Assembly: GCA_031835245.2 (NCBI GenBank)
Contig: JAVKOQ020000051.1
Location: 1 to 64,000, forward strand
Source: Balamuthia mandrillaris
Lineage: Eukaryota
Reading direction: 5' to 3'
Length of the DNA stretch: 64,000 bases
Shown: in pieces, positions 26,027 through 39,476 of the stretch
How positions within the stretch are numbered: the first letter of the stretch is position 1
How the letters are laid out: each line of letters begins with the position of its first letter
Made by a program: the position numbers and the translations under genes
Notes under the pieces: model-generated
The model's database searches: none
What the model was told of the DNA's origin: nothing
The model's input: only the letters and a program-made list of their open reading frames with translations

Positions 26027-27078
26027 TTATCTTAGCTCCCAAGTCACGGAGTATGTCCAATGAACAGAGGTTGAATCCTTATGAGGACTCAAGACTAGGC
26101 TGTGAGCAGGTTCAGAGCTACAGGGTCTGCCCTTCGGCCAAGCACGACTAGAGGAGCAAAAGAAAAGCAAATAACGGTCAAGCGACAACTTTTAGCAAGG
26201 AATGCAGCAAGGATACCTGTCCGCTTTGACTTCAAAACCCACCACTTGGATGCCATTGTTGGTAGGATTTTTGTGGTAAAAGATGGTGATATCAACGTGG
26301 TTGTTTAGCAATATTTTACGCTCAGCCTGTAAGGAGGAACAAGGTTAACAAACCTACTGAGCAAGCGAGAGAAGAAAAGCACAGAGTATATACGTTGACG
26401 TGGCGGGCGCAGACAAACCTACTGAGCAAGCGAGAGAAGAAAAGCGCAGAGTATATACGTTGACGTGGCGAACCCAACGGGAAACCTGGTTTGTTTCTTG
26501 CCTTTTCCTGGTCATTCGTTTGTTTAGTGAGGCTGGAAAGCTTATCTATGACCCTGTTGTAGAAACGAAAGCAAGTAAGCCACAACAACAAACAAGTACA
26601 GTTTCGTTGTTAGAGAACCAATGTACACGGTATTCCTGTTCAATCTTTTCAATGTACTCATCCACTTCATCGCGTTTGTAGGTCGTGTGCGCAACCACTT
26701 TGCAGCTCTCGTCTTGTTCCGCCAATATCTATCGCACAGTCAACGTTGGTTTTTTTAGTTTAAAGTTAGTGGTTAGTTTGCTTCTGGAAAAGAATGACCA
26801 ACCACACAAACACATACCTCATAGAGAGAATTTTCCAGCACGTCCCCGAAAAGGATGTCGGCTAGGTTACTTCTGGCGTCTTTGACCTCGGCCGGGGCAG
26901 GAAACGGGAGGTCGTAATAGCGGTAGGTAGTTTGTGTCTTTGCGCTGGTCAACTTTCCGACCAACAGGGGTACCCGCTCGCCAGGTTGGAACTCGCGAGG
27001 CTCTGATCCGGGCAAGTTAAAACAGATGACTGCCTGAATGCAACTGGCCATCACGATGACTGCCACCAACATGTTCAT
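26027..27078 (-). pseudogene. Truncated TM9SF/EMP70 (nonaspanin), lumenal N-terminal domain only
   Basis: FNLPG..P, KLTSAKTQTTYRYYDLPF, NLADILFGDVLENSLYE, EYRVHWVIDKL, GFPLG, NNHVDITIFYH, VVGFEV, WTYSVTWE then stop. No transmembrane exons follow. Confidence 0.8.
26348..26470. repeat. Tandem duplication of a 58-bp unit (26348-26405 and 26413-26470)
   Basis: ACAAACCTACTGAGCAAGCGAGAGAAGAAAAGC[A/G]CAGAGTATATACGTTGACGTGGCG occurs twice. Confidence 0.95.
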
Positions 27079-27584
27079 CTTTAACTTTGCAATGGTTCTC
27101 TTCCTCTGCTGAACTGTACAAACGAACATAACAAAGCTTGAAGATGGTGGTTGCCACGTTGCCAACCAAACCTGTTGATCAGCTGCAATTTCGGCACGTG
27201 CTCTGATGATGCCACGTACACCACATGGAAAGAGAATAGGCTGACTGTGATGTAGTCGAAAGGGTTATCTTTTGGTGCGGTCACACACCCCGTCCTGCTG
27301 ACTGATGAACACAGAAACAGCGAAACGCTCAACGTTGGTGCTCTGAAAGCATACACTAGACCAACAGGAAGATACACCCACGTCACCACGCTCATGTCTT
27401 CTCCGCCCTCCTCGCTCGTCTCCTCTTATAAGAGGCTGATATTATTAAGACAAAGAGAAGTTTGTCATTAAAGCTCCAAAACGCCGAAATACATACGCGT
27501 CGGTCGACCAACACAACAGCAGAAAAACGAAGAAGGAGGAGGAGTCTTTGGCAAAGGTACCACAGCCCAAGCTAAGCCGAGAGC

Positions 27585-30500
27585 ATGTCCTTCGCACCGT
27601 GGGCATGCAGCGTTTGCACCTACGTCAACCATGCCCCGTGGGAATGCAGCATGTGCGGGTCCGAGAACAGGAGCACCAGTGCCGCCGAGCAGCATGCGCG
27701 ACGTGAGGAGGAGCAGGAGGAGGAAAGGGGAGAGGAGGAGCAGCCTCTGTTGGTTTGCAGCGCCTGCAACAACGTCAGAGTGGGGGGAGAGGAGGAGCAC
27801 TACACGCCCTGCAACCACTGCGGCGGTGAGGGCGTCTACCTGCCCTTGCCTGCGGAGCAGCCACAACGGGAGGAACAGGAGGAGAGAAACGAGAGAGAAA
27901 GAGAAAACGTCTTTGTGCAAGAAGAAGAAGATGAACAACACAAAGGCAAAGAAAAAGAAGAAACAAAAGAGGAGACAATAGATCAAAAAGTAGTAGTGGA
28001 AAACAAAGAAGCAGAAAAGGAAGAAGAAGAGGAAGACAAAGCGTACGAAGAAGAAGAAGAAACAGAGGTGAAAGAAAAAGCAAAAGAGGAAGTGGAGGGG
28101 GGAAAGAGAGAAGAAGAAGAGGAAGAGGAGAGGGTGAAGTTGTTGGACCTGCCGTTGGAAGTGCTGCACTGCGTGTTCCAGTGGTTGGCCCCGGAAGAGG
28201 TCGGGCGGTTTGCTGTGTTGTGCAAGGAGGCTCGTGCGGTGACGGAGGACCCCAGGCTCTGGCGCAGGCTTTATCGCCAACTGTGGAACGAAGACCACGA
28301 CTTTGACGAGGATTGTAATGCCTTTCTTCTCTTTGCTCTCTCTCTCTCCGCTTCTCACTTCCCTTCTCTTCTTCTCTTCTCGGTACTCATAACTGATAAT
28401 GCTTTCAAACGAAAACAAACAAAGTTGCAAAAGAAGCGTTCGTGGACAGGTACCATAGAACTGGGGCTTGGACAAAAGGTGGCTATGGTGTCCGTCATTT
28501 CGTGCCCAGCGGCATTGGCTCCTCTGCGATTGCGGCTCTCGAATATGACCATGGTTCGGCTTCTTCATACTCTTTGTTCATGAGAGTCCTTTTCGCTCTC
28601 GCTTTGCTGACTCTTCTCTCTTTTTTCCATGTTTGTATTCTTTCATTTTTAAAGAGCGAGAACTGGTGATAGTAGGGTGCACTACTTCGCCTAGCAGACT
28701 GCATGTTTTTTGTGCATCCGATGGCTCTTTCGTGGCAACAACGACTTTGAAGGGACGGATCATCAAGATCCAGGGAAATGAGGTTGTTACTGGTTCGTAG
28801 CCATTCCATTTCTCTCTTTCTCTATTCTTTTCGTCTTTCTCTTTCTCTTTCTCTTTCTCTTTCTCTTTCTCTTTCTCTTTCTCTTTCTCTTTCTCTTTCT
28901 CTTTCTCTTTCTCTTTCTCTTTTTCCTTTTCTTTTTCTTTTTCTTTTTCCTTCTCTTTCTCTTTCTCTTTCTCTTTTTCTTTCTCTTTCTCTTTCTATCT
29001 CTTTAAATCTCTGCTTGTTTGCTCAAATGTCTCCTGCTTCCTCTGCTGCTCTCTGCTCTCTTGGTTCTTCACTTCAATGATAGAGCACGAGCCTGGATGT
29101 ATTACTCTTTATTCCTTTGAAGTGTACCCTACCCGCGCTAAACGTCACAGGATAGACACGTGCATCATCCAACAGTGCGACTTGAAGAATGGTTACCGCT
29201 CTACCGAAACCATGGAAACAGAGGGTTCGGGCGGTGAGCTCTCCGTGGGGCGTGTGTGGTGGGACTCTCGTCTCATTGCTGCTTCTCTGCTGAATGGAGA
29301 GTTTGTGATTCTCTTCCAAAGAGCAGATTGGGAACATCACAACCCAAGTTGCTCTGATTATTCAGTCTCCCGCATTCGTTGCCTCCGAGGCATTTGGGAC
29401 GTGGAAGCGGTTGTGTTCCGTGTGAGAAGAGACAGCTTGAGAGTGAGCTCTCTGGTTGGGCTTGTGGCGGATCATCAAGACAAGAAGCGACACCTCTGTG
29501 TTTGCGAGCCGGAGGAGGGACTCTCGGAGGTGGTGGATGTCAAAGGGTACATCATTTGTGCGGTGCAGGTATGGTGACACCCATTTTTGTTTTTTCCCTT
29601 TGCTTGGGACTCACTGTTCTTTATTGCCTTCTTCTTCTTCTCTTCCCTGTTCTCTTCTCCCTCTTTCTTCTCTCTCTTTCTCTCCTCCATGTAGAAATCA
29701 GGCACAGAAGTGAAGTTAAACATGCACAGAATCTTCTTTCCGTTGCATGACATTGGTCAACCGAGCAAGTTTGACATAAACTCTAAGTGGACCAGAGGCT
29801 CCTTCAACCTCTTCACTCGTGCAGGATGCGCTTATCTCTCTGTTGGACATAATATTGTACCGTTCTTTTTGTTTAAGTTTTGTTTGTTGTTCTCCTGTCT
29901 CTGTCCCTCCTCTCGTTCGCCTCTCTCTTAAGTATATCTCTTTCCGTTTGTTTTGTGTCTAAATAATGTTCACAGCGTTGGTTCAGCATGAAAGCCAGAC
30001 AACGCGGAATACTAAGAATCCAAAAGGATTGTCTGGCCTTCCACGCTGACTCCCACCGAGTCATCACGTTCAGCTCTGAGGGAGAACTGTGCTTTCATCG
30101 AGGATTTCCCACCTTCACCATGACCGACTTCGCGTTGGATAGACGCCGTGTCATTGCTGACATGGGCAAACTTCCTCAAGGCGCCCGTATTGGTTCTTAC
30201 ACGTTTGCCATTGTAACCGCTACCTATTTGTTCACACTGACGTCCAACAACAAGCGCCGTACTTTTTCTTTTTCTTATTTTATCATTTGGTTTCTCTGTT
30301 CTTTTTCTTGTTATTAATGTTAGTATTTACAAATAGATGTTTTTCGCATCTTCGACACTGGCAACAAGTGCACAAGCTCATTCTGGTCGGGTGACCCACC
30401 TTCCTTTGTGCCCTCTGTGGAACAGGCCAAAGTGGAGGGGTGTTTGTACCTCATGCACAGAGTGCCGGAGATCAAACGCATTCTCTCCTCCTCCTCCTCC

Positions 30501-33500
30501 TCAGAAGAGAAGCGAGCGTTTTCTCGGTGGCATGTTTTGTGGGACAAGAGGCATGTGGCGCGAGTGAAGGCCTTCGTGGAGGAGGTAGAGAAGTGGCTGG
30601 CTCACGCGTATTACTTGCCTCCCTGCGTGCCCTTCTTGGATGACCTCCAGTACTGTTTTCCTTCCTTGATCCATTTGCTTGTTTGCTTGCTTGTTTGTTT
30701 GTTTGCGTTTTGCTTGCGTTGTGTGGTGAACTGACATTGAACATCAGGAGCATCCAAGCCTTGAAAACAACAGAAGAATGGCTGCTGCAAACTGCATCAC
30801 ACACTCAGGCCGCCCTGCAAACCATGGAAGACCTTTTGCGGTGCGTTCAAACCACGGCCCCAAGTTCACTGGAAGAGCCCTCCGCCAATGCTGCCCACAG
30901 CAGACTGTGCATTCAGTTGTTGGACAAGGTGAGCCAGTACATGTGTGAGATGTGCAAACCAGTTGGGCAAGAGCAGGAGGTGGAGGGGTGTTTTGGAGAC
31001 ACGCGTACTCGCTTGAAGCTCTTGCGCAAGTTCCAGTTGCACGCCATCGCGCTCCTGAGGGATGCCTGGAGGCAAACGGAGTGGATGGTGAGGAAAGAGA
31101 CAGAGGTGTTGGTGGCCGCTGCGGAGAAAGAAAGAGAAGCATCTCATCATGACAGCACAGGTGATGGGGATGGATGGAGTCAAGACCTTCTGGGCCATGC
31201 CAAGAACTGTTATTATGCGCTGACCCAACTGTCCAAACTGGAGAGTGAGGTAGGTTCTCCTCTTCTCTTCCCATGGTTGTTGTGTTGGTTCGTTTGCTTG
31301 CTTGCTTGCTTGCTTGCTTGTTGGTGCTTGGTTGCTGATGGCAGAATGTGGCAAACAACAGGAGAATGGCGAGAAAGAAGAGGTCAAAGTGTGGCAAGAG
31401 AAACTGGCAGAAGTGTTGGCTTGGCAAGGGTCCATCTCCAAGGCAAAGCTGTATTGCAGCATGGAGGGAGAGAGCAAGCAAGTGGAATCTCTGTTCAGTT
31501 CCCTCTTGGAAGTGTTCAACTTTTGTCACAGAAGAAAGAGTGAAGGCTTTGACTGGTTTGCACACACCTCCATTTCTCTGTTTCTCTGCTCTCCTTTTCA
31601 CCCTCTCTCTCTCTTTATCTCTATCTCTTACTCTGCCACTCTGGTGTTTGTCCCCAACTCATAACTTTTCGTTTCATGTGGTGGTTGTTTCTGGTTGAAA
31701 TGAAAAGGCTGAGAGAGGAAGAGAAAGCAGAAGTGCGAATTCGACTGCAGAAACAACAAGAACTGATGGGTGAGGCCATTGAGGCAGAGTTGATAAAGCT
31801 GCGCAGCGAACTGCGTGATTTCCCTGCCCTCACCTCCGATGAAGTCACAGGCCGTGTTCAAGACAAGCTTAGGCTCATCAGGAGGGTTGAGCAGCTTGGG
31901 GTGAAGAGCCAAAACAGCATGTTACAGTTCGTGTTCACCTTTTTTTTTTGTTTTTTTTGTTTATTGCTCCCTCCTCTCTTCTGCTCTTAACACAGAAACG
32001 AAATACCCCTACACAAAACCAGAGTGATGAAGAATGTGATTGAAGTGGAGCAACAACTCCAGCAACTCAATCTGCCAGACCAGCCTTCTGTCAGCCAACT
32101 CGAAACTGCTCTTCAACAAGCAAACAAACTTCTCGATCTCGCCACATGCCTGAAAGAAGATGTGCCATCCACATCCCGACGGGTGGGTCTCTTCAAGGAA
32201 GCGTTGAGGGAGAAGCTGTCAGAAGTGTTGGCCAATGAAGTGGCTGAGATTCAAATGGAGGTGGATGAAGCATTGTCCCATGTTTCTTCTCTCTCTGATC
32301 AACTCCACCACCTCATCCTCAACACCACAGCAACCACCACAACCACCACCACTCGCCATGAGGACAGCTCTGATGAGCAACACGAACAAGAAGAAGAAGC
32401 GGAAGAAGCGGAGCAACTTTGTGAAGAATGGAAAGAGAGGTTCTTGAGGGAGGAAATAGTGCAATTGTTGAACCAAGCCAGAACCATCCGTCATCGCTTC
32501 CTCCATCATCCCTCCAAACAACGCTTCTGGTACCATCACATGACTGCTGTCCGTGATCCCGTGGCAGCGGTGGTGGAGGCAGCGGAAGCACTGATGGCGG
32601 ACATGGACAAACATCGAGTGGAGGAGATGTTGAAAGGCGTGGCAGCGGTGAGAGCACGATACTTGGTGGTTGGGAAGAAGCATGGGGAGAAGTTGCGATT
32701 GTTGGCTTTCTTCTTGTGCACGCTGCATGTCTATCATGCCAGAGCCATGATGAGCAAGGAGGACACAAGGCAAGAGGCTTCTTGGGAAGCGGAGGAGAGA
32801 AGGAAGCGGGTGTTGAGCATGGCGGAGAGAGTGAGAGAAGACTTGAATGAAGCACTGAAGGAAGCAATGGAAGAGTGGGTGGTGGGGTTGAGGGGTGAGC
32901 CTTCTCTCCTTCCGGAGGAGCAACATGCTGGGACGAACGAACAGCTTGTGAATGGTTCGCTCCTTTGTTGTCTGTCTTTTTTTTTTATATTTTTATTTTC
33001 TTGTTTTTGTTGTTTTCTTTTGTTGTTGTTGTTGGTTCTCTTTGTCCGCTTCATGTGTGGTGCTCATTCAAGTTGTGTGCTGTTTTCATTGCTTTGACAG
33101 TGCTGTGGGAAATGGCCAGTGAGTCGCAAGTGGCGATGGAAGTGATGAGCAAAGTGGAGAAAGAACTGACTCCATACATCCCACTGTTGACATGCGAGTT
33201 GGCGAGGCATGCAATGGAACGATGGAGCCACATTCCTTGGCCCATTTTTGGGTTCCCTTTTTTCCAGCACGACACCCTTCCTCCCCTCAGCGAGAAAGTA
33301 CCTCTTCTCTCTTCTCTCTTCTTCTTCTTTTTCTTCTCCTTCTTGTTCCTGTTCTTCTTGTTGTTGTTCTTGTTTCTCTTGTTCTTCTTCCCTGGCTGAT
33401 GCTCTGTGCACCGCAACCAGCAAAGCAAAGGAATTCCACTGGCGAGGCAAATGACAGCATTTCAGCCACTGTGCAAGCTGGAGAAGATGACTCATTCCGC

Positions 33501-35232
33501 CCTTCTCACTCTCTCCTCTCTCCTGCAAAACACCAACTCCTCTCCGCTCAAACCCATTCTGGAGCTCTCCCACCAGTTGAACAAGACCAAGCAGGATGTG
33601 GACAAATCATTGTCATCCTTGAAGGTTGCCCGCCAGTCGCCCCCAAGCAGCGCTTTCCACGAAGCACACAACAACATTGAGAGGAGATGTGCAAGTCTGA
33701 GAGGATTTCTGGTGAGCAAAGGGAGGAGTTTGTTTGAAGAGCAAGAGCGATGCTTGCTGCAACGCTTTCAACCAGTGAATCAATGGGTTGCGGATGGGAG
33801 CCTCCCTCCTTGCTTGCACCCCAAAAACAAAGAGAAAGTGGGGGAGGAAGCAAAAGAAAGCAGTGGGAAAGAGAGAGCAGAGTTGGAGTGGGCCTGCTCA
33901 GAACTGGTGGAATTGGAGCAAACAGTTCAAGAATTAGAGAGAATGGTTTGCTTCTTCTCTTTGCTTTCTTTTTTCGGCGTTGCTCACTTGCTTCGTTCTT
34001 TGTATGACACAGGAATTGTCCTCTGTCAAAGATGCCTCGAAACTGATCCACATAATGGAATCCATCACTCACAAACTGAGGGAGAAATGCATTTCAGGCA
34101 TAGGGAGGCTGTATGAAGAAGAATGGCAACGCCAAGCAGCCAAGTGTCGGACCAAATATGAATTCGAACAAGCAAAAGGCGTGCTGAAAACGTGGCAGCC
34201 TTTCTATGCTCCGAACTCGTTGGTTTTTTCCCTTTTCGTTCTTGTTCTTTTTTCTCTTTCTTTTTCTTTGTGTTATTCTTTGTTCGTTGTGCATTTAAAC
34301 TGTAAAGTTATAACCATATTGTGTTGGCACCAAAGGTTGTTGTTCATCATAACAAAGCAACAAGAGAATGCAGTGGAGAAACTCAAAGAGCAGCAGCAAG
34401 CCATTGAGGTTGACAACTGTCTCAGCCACTTCACACATATTATCTCTCATCAGCAACACGTGTCTTCCACTCATGATTTGCTCGAGTACTCTCCTCTCTC
34501 TTCTCCTTCTCCTTCTCCTTCTCCTTCTCTTTCTCTTTCTCCTTCTCCTTCTCCTGCAAAACTGTCTCACCACATATTTTTTTAAAATTTAAAACCAGAC
34601 TGCATGAAGAAGCAAGAACATTGCAAACCAGACTGAAAGCACTGGACAAGGCAGAATTGACCACCGACATCACGGAACAGCTGACCATGGTCCTCTCTTC
34701 CTTGGAGCTTTTGTTGGACCAAAGCCATCCTTCCTGGAAACCCCTGGGATCCTCTCAGATGAAGATCGGAGAGCTGAACCAACGCATCAGCCAATTGGAA
34801 GAACGTGTTCATCATGGTGGACATCTTTCTTCCTCTTCCTCCTCCTCAGAGAAAGAGAAGGAAGAGGAAGAAGCGGCAGAGCAACAGATTGCAGAGTTGA
34901 AGGAGGAAACGGAAAGGTGGAACACAACGGGGGAGCAATACGACTTGCTGATGCGACGTTTGGTGAAGTTGGAGCAAGAGTTGCTGCACAACCCCTTTGA
35001 TTCCTCTTTGTACGTACTCTCTTCTTCTCTTCTCTGGAATGCGTTACTTAGGTCAGTTCTTCACCAATGTAGACAAAGCACGGACGATTGGAACGAAGAT
35101 GATGAGTATTTACAGTATTACTCTGATAGTTACGACGAAGACGACACCGAAGACGAAGAAGAGGAAGAGGAAGAGGGTGATGATGAACACGAGGACCAGG
35201 AAGGGGGTGATGACGAAGAAGAAGACTCTTGA
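27585..35232 (+). CDS. RanBP2-ZnF/F-box large protein (copy B)
   Basis: WACSVCTYVN..WECSMC; near-identical F-box; acidic C-terminus DDEEEDS*. Confidence 0.75.
28835..28996. repeat. Intronic (CTTTCT)n tract
   Basis: Seen directly; absent from the equivalent intron of copy A (~14945-15100). Confidence 0.88.
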
Positions 35233-35305
35233 AGAACAAAACGATGAAAAGGCCTACTCCTGAACAACCACTATTTCGTTATGTAACCCTTTTATAGAGA
35301 GAGCG

Positions 35306-35346
<41 letters not shown>

Positions 35347-35439
35347 CAAGGAGCTTGTTCGAAACAAAACGAAAGGCGACCTAAAAAGCCTTTAACGATT
35401 CGGTTAACACGCTAAGAAAAAAAGCAACCAAACAAAGGA

Positions 35440-36069
35440 ATGGCAATGATGCTGCGATGGGAAAGCGGCAAGAGGGGGTTCGCTTTGTGGGGTCCACCGC
35501 CTGAGTTGCCACCTCCTATTCCGTTCTACCATGTGAAAGGGGGCACGGCGGAGGAAAGAGGCTTGCGACTGGGTCGGCTGCTGAAGGACAAGATCGCCGC
35601 CACCATCCAGATCTACAAACGAACCGTCTTCCAGGGCAGAAGCGAAGAGAGCCTCCTGGCAGAGGCCTCCTCCTTCCACAGCGTCATCCATGGGTTCAAG
35701 AGGGAGTATTGCGAGGAGATGGAGGGCATTGCCCGTGGAGCAGAGGTGGACCTTCGCTGGGTCTACGCCTTGAACTGCAGGACTGAACTCATGAACACCT
35801 TCCCCAAGGACATGTTCGTTGCTTCCTTCCTCCTTTTCTTGTCTTGTCCTTTCTTTCTCTTCTTCTTTCTTGTCGTTTCTTTCTTTCTTTTTCTTTCTTT
35901 CTTTCTTTCTTTCTTCTTTCTTTCTTTTTTCTTTCTTTCTTTCTTTCTTTCTTTCTCTTTCTTTTTTCTTTTTTCTTTCTTCTCCTTTCTTGTCGTTTCT
36001 TCCTTTCTTTCTTTCGTTTCTTTCTTTCTTTCTTGCCTTTCTTTCTTTCTTGTCGTTTCTTTCTTTCGT

Positions 36070-36109
<40 letters not shown>

Positions 36110-37326
36110 GCTGTCTCTTTCTTCAGGAGTGCTTTTCCTTTTGACTGATGGAAAGCAGAGGAGAATGTTCCACCATTTGCTTTCCTTCCAACAAGGTGAA
36201 AGAGGAAGAAGCAAGGGAAAGAAAGAACCCCATCTTGGCTCAGAATTGGGACTGGATGGAGGAGATGCAAGAGCATGTGGTTGTGGTCCTCCTCGAGAAG
36301 GTGCCTTCCTCCCGTTCTCCTCCCTTTTCTTTTCTTTTCTTTCCATCTCTTCTCACCTCCTTCTTTCTGCTTTCTTCATTCTTCATCACTCACGGTCTTG
36401 CTCCCTCCTTTCTGCTTGCTTTTTTGCTTCCAACCTTGGCCAACACGCAGGAAGAAAGGGAAGGAGCAGGGAAAAAGATTCTCATGCTGACAGAACCGGG
36501 CATCATCGGCAAGATTGGAGTGAACAACCACGGCCTGGCCGTCACCTTGAACTTTCTTCGCCACCAACCCACCACATCTCCAGAACAGCAAGTGCAAGTC
36601 CAGGCGACGCCAGAAGGAGGAGGAGAAGAAAAAGGAGAGGGGGAAAGAAGTGGCAAAGGAGTGCCCATTCACATGTTGTTGCGAGCCGCGTTGGAGTGTG
36701 AGACGGTGGCAGAATGGGAGGAGTTGGTGGTGCGGGGCATGGATGCCAGCATGCGCGGCACCAGCAGCGCCATTCTTGCTTGTGATGCTCTGGGACATGC
36801 TCTTCATTTGGAGTTTGCTGGCCCACACCTCTGGTCTCTTCCTCCCTCCCCCATTCCACTCCAACCACCCAAGCAAAACAAGAAGAAGGACACAGGAGAA
36901 GGGGAGGAAGCAGCAGAGAAAGAGGGGAAGGAGGAGAAGATGGAAGAAGTGCATTGGAGGACCAACCATTACCTCTCCCACGAAGAGGTGAACTTGTCTG
37001 CGGATCGCTTGCAATCTTCCTTGGCGCGGCATGCTCGCATGACAGAGCTTCTTCATGAACTGGCAGAAGGAGAGCAAGCAGAGAGGTTTTGCAGCGAGGA
37101 GACCGTGATGAGGGTGTTGAGAGATGATGGGAAGGAGGAGAAGGAGGAGGAGGAGGAGAGGAAGCTGCCCATTCTTCGACCCTTTGTCTATGACCCCAAC
37201 CTGGGCGGCAAAATGGGGACCGTTTGTCATGTGGTCATGCATTTGGGAGGGGGCCGGCCTGAGCTGAAGGTCTCTCGTGGGTTTGCTGCCAAAGTTCCTT
37301 CCTTCCAAACTTTCTCCTTTGAATAG
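35440..37326 (+). CDS. Peptidase C45 family, copy 3 (appears intact)
   Basis: GECST, LAQNWDW and HWRTNHYL all in frame. Confidence 0.9.
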
Positions 37327-37462
37327 AGCCTTGCGAATACATTTCAGTAACCGTTTCCTGCTTTGAAGAAAATCCACTTGTACTTGAAACGTTTTATAAA
37401 TAAGCAAGATGTTGTACAGTCGTCGTTGTTTGTGCATTACAAGAAGAAGAATAGAATGAACA

Positions 37463-37630
37463 TCAGCTCAGGAGCTCAACAATAATAGAGGCGTTGATGA
37501 GGTAGGCCTCATCCAACGTGAGTTTCCGGTCCAAAAGCTCCTGTCGTGGGTATACCATAAAAAGTTTGTACCGACCTTTATACTCTGGCTCCATTCTGTT
37601 TGTTTGGTTTCGTGTTTTAGAAAATATAGC

Positions 37631-37674
<44 letters not shown>

Positions 37675-39235
37675 AGAGAGAACATGACAGATAAAGAAGA
37701 GGAGAGAAGAGGGAATTACCCATCTACAAAAGAGTAGATGTCCGCTACTGTATGAACAAGATTAAACCGCTGTTGAACTTTGTTGCCGTTTGGAAACCAT
37801 ACTTGTATGCGAGTGGAGGGTGCGTTGTCATCCACGGATATAATAGTTGTCGCTGATTTTCTTGCGGTTTTAGGAGAACCTCTTATGTCCGCTCTGATGC
37901 CGCCTCGTGTTGTAGATTGGCTGTTTCACGTCAACATTGTTGGGCCATAAACGTATGGAGAGATAGAGAACAACAAAAGAGGCTTGACTTACTTGTCAGA
38001 GAGAGTGCGGCCAACTCCAGTGAATGTGATTTTCTTGCTAGACTGCTCTTGCACGACTTGAACAGCATCTGCCGGCTGTAATACATAGAAACAAAGCCAA
38101 AAATAAGAAGACAATAGTACTTTACATAGGAAGAGGAGACTACGGACCGGTTGAATGAGAGAACCAGGTAATAAATCTTTTACAAAGCTTCCTGTTTTGG
38201 AGAAGAAGGACGTGAGGACTGTACAATGAACCACATAACATGGAGGAAGAAGAGGAAGAAGAACAAGAACAACAATAAGGAAAAGAACGGAAACGAACCA
38301 AGATAAGCCAAACGATTAACCCAAGTAGGAATGGGCTTGGAGAGCAACCGCCGACAGAAGGCATCAGAAAAGGCATTACAGTTGAAGTCTGTGAGATGGT
38401 ATCTTTTGCCCAGAAACTGGCTTGCCATCTCTTCTATGATCTTCTTCACTTCGTTGTAGGAGAGAGTTACTTCGCCCATCGCTATGGACTCTCTGTTTGA
38501 GCGATTGCAAAGCAGATGAGAGGGAGAAACACAAAACGACTAACCGAAAGGAGAACAAGCACAAGTTCCAGAGGAGGAAAACAAAAACGAAAAACAAGAC
38601 TACGGAGCAAAGGAGCAAAAAAGGAGCAAAGGAGCAAAGGACAAAGGAGCAAAGGAGCAAAGGAGCAAAGGAGCAAAGGAGCAAGGAGCAAAGGAGCAAA
38701 GGAGCAAAGGAGCAAAGGAGCAAAGGAGCAAAGGAGCAAAGGAGTGCACGAAAATAACAACAGAAAGAACTGCAAACGAAACACGAAAAAACAAAACAAG
38801 ACGACCAACAAAAAGAGCCCTACCTGAACCGTGCCGGAGGTTCTATGAGACGCGGCGTGGTGGAAATGATACCGGTGCCAGGCCCCGTGTGCCCAAAGAA
38901 ACCATATTCTATGTGGCAAGATGGAGGAAAAAGAAAACGACAAATGGTAAAGAAGAGGAGAGCACGAAGAGAGAGAGAGAAACAAAAAGGTGAACGTGGA
39001 GCATACCTTTGCCATAGACCTCAACTCCGGAGTGGTGCATGCCGAGACCAAGGCTGTAGGCCCAGTTGTGAGAGCCGCTCGGCATCAGGTCATAAATATT
39101 TAAATAGACAGTAGTCGCAGTGGCGGGGGAGGAAGAAGACGACGTCGTGGCGTTGTTGTTGTTGCTGCTGCTTGAACGGCGGTTGGATGATGCTGGTCGA
39201 ATGCCTCCACGAGTCTCGCCGCTGGGTGCTTCCAT
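37463..39235 (-). CDS. PPPDE/DeSI-SHP-UBX protein, right copy (frame intact at exon 3)
   Basis: Mirror of 4482-6254; acceptor aaacag|AGAGTCC preserves F-R-E-S-I. Confidence 0.88.
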
Positions 39236-39476
39236 AGGGTCTCCAGAGAGCACACTCCCTCCTCTCCGCTTTCTTCTCCTCTTACAAAGTAATTTTATGC
39301 TTATGACAGCAACATTGTTGACATTTTTTGAATAATACAAATATTTTACATATTTTAAATTTTTAATATGATTTAAATAACAAGCGTATTTTGAATGCTT
39401 TAAATTTTTTAAATTGTTGTCATGCCTTTCTTTTGGCAAAACAAAAAAAAAGAGAGAAGAAGAAGAAGAAAAGAAG

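Noticed and set aside
27081..27395. 104-aa minus-strand ORF upstream of TM9SF
   Set aside because: Coding-like composition, but no family I can support.
4482..35232. Functional ubiquitin-system gene cluster (UBX, F-box, BTB, SPRY)
   Set aside because: These families are large in protists and the count is inflated by the duplication; no evidence of co-function.
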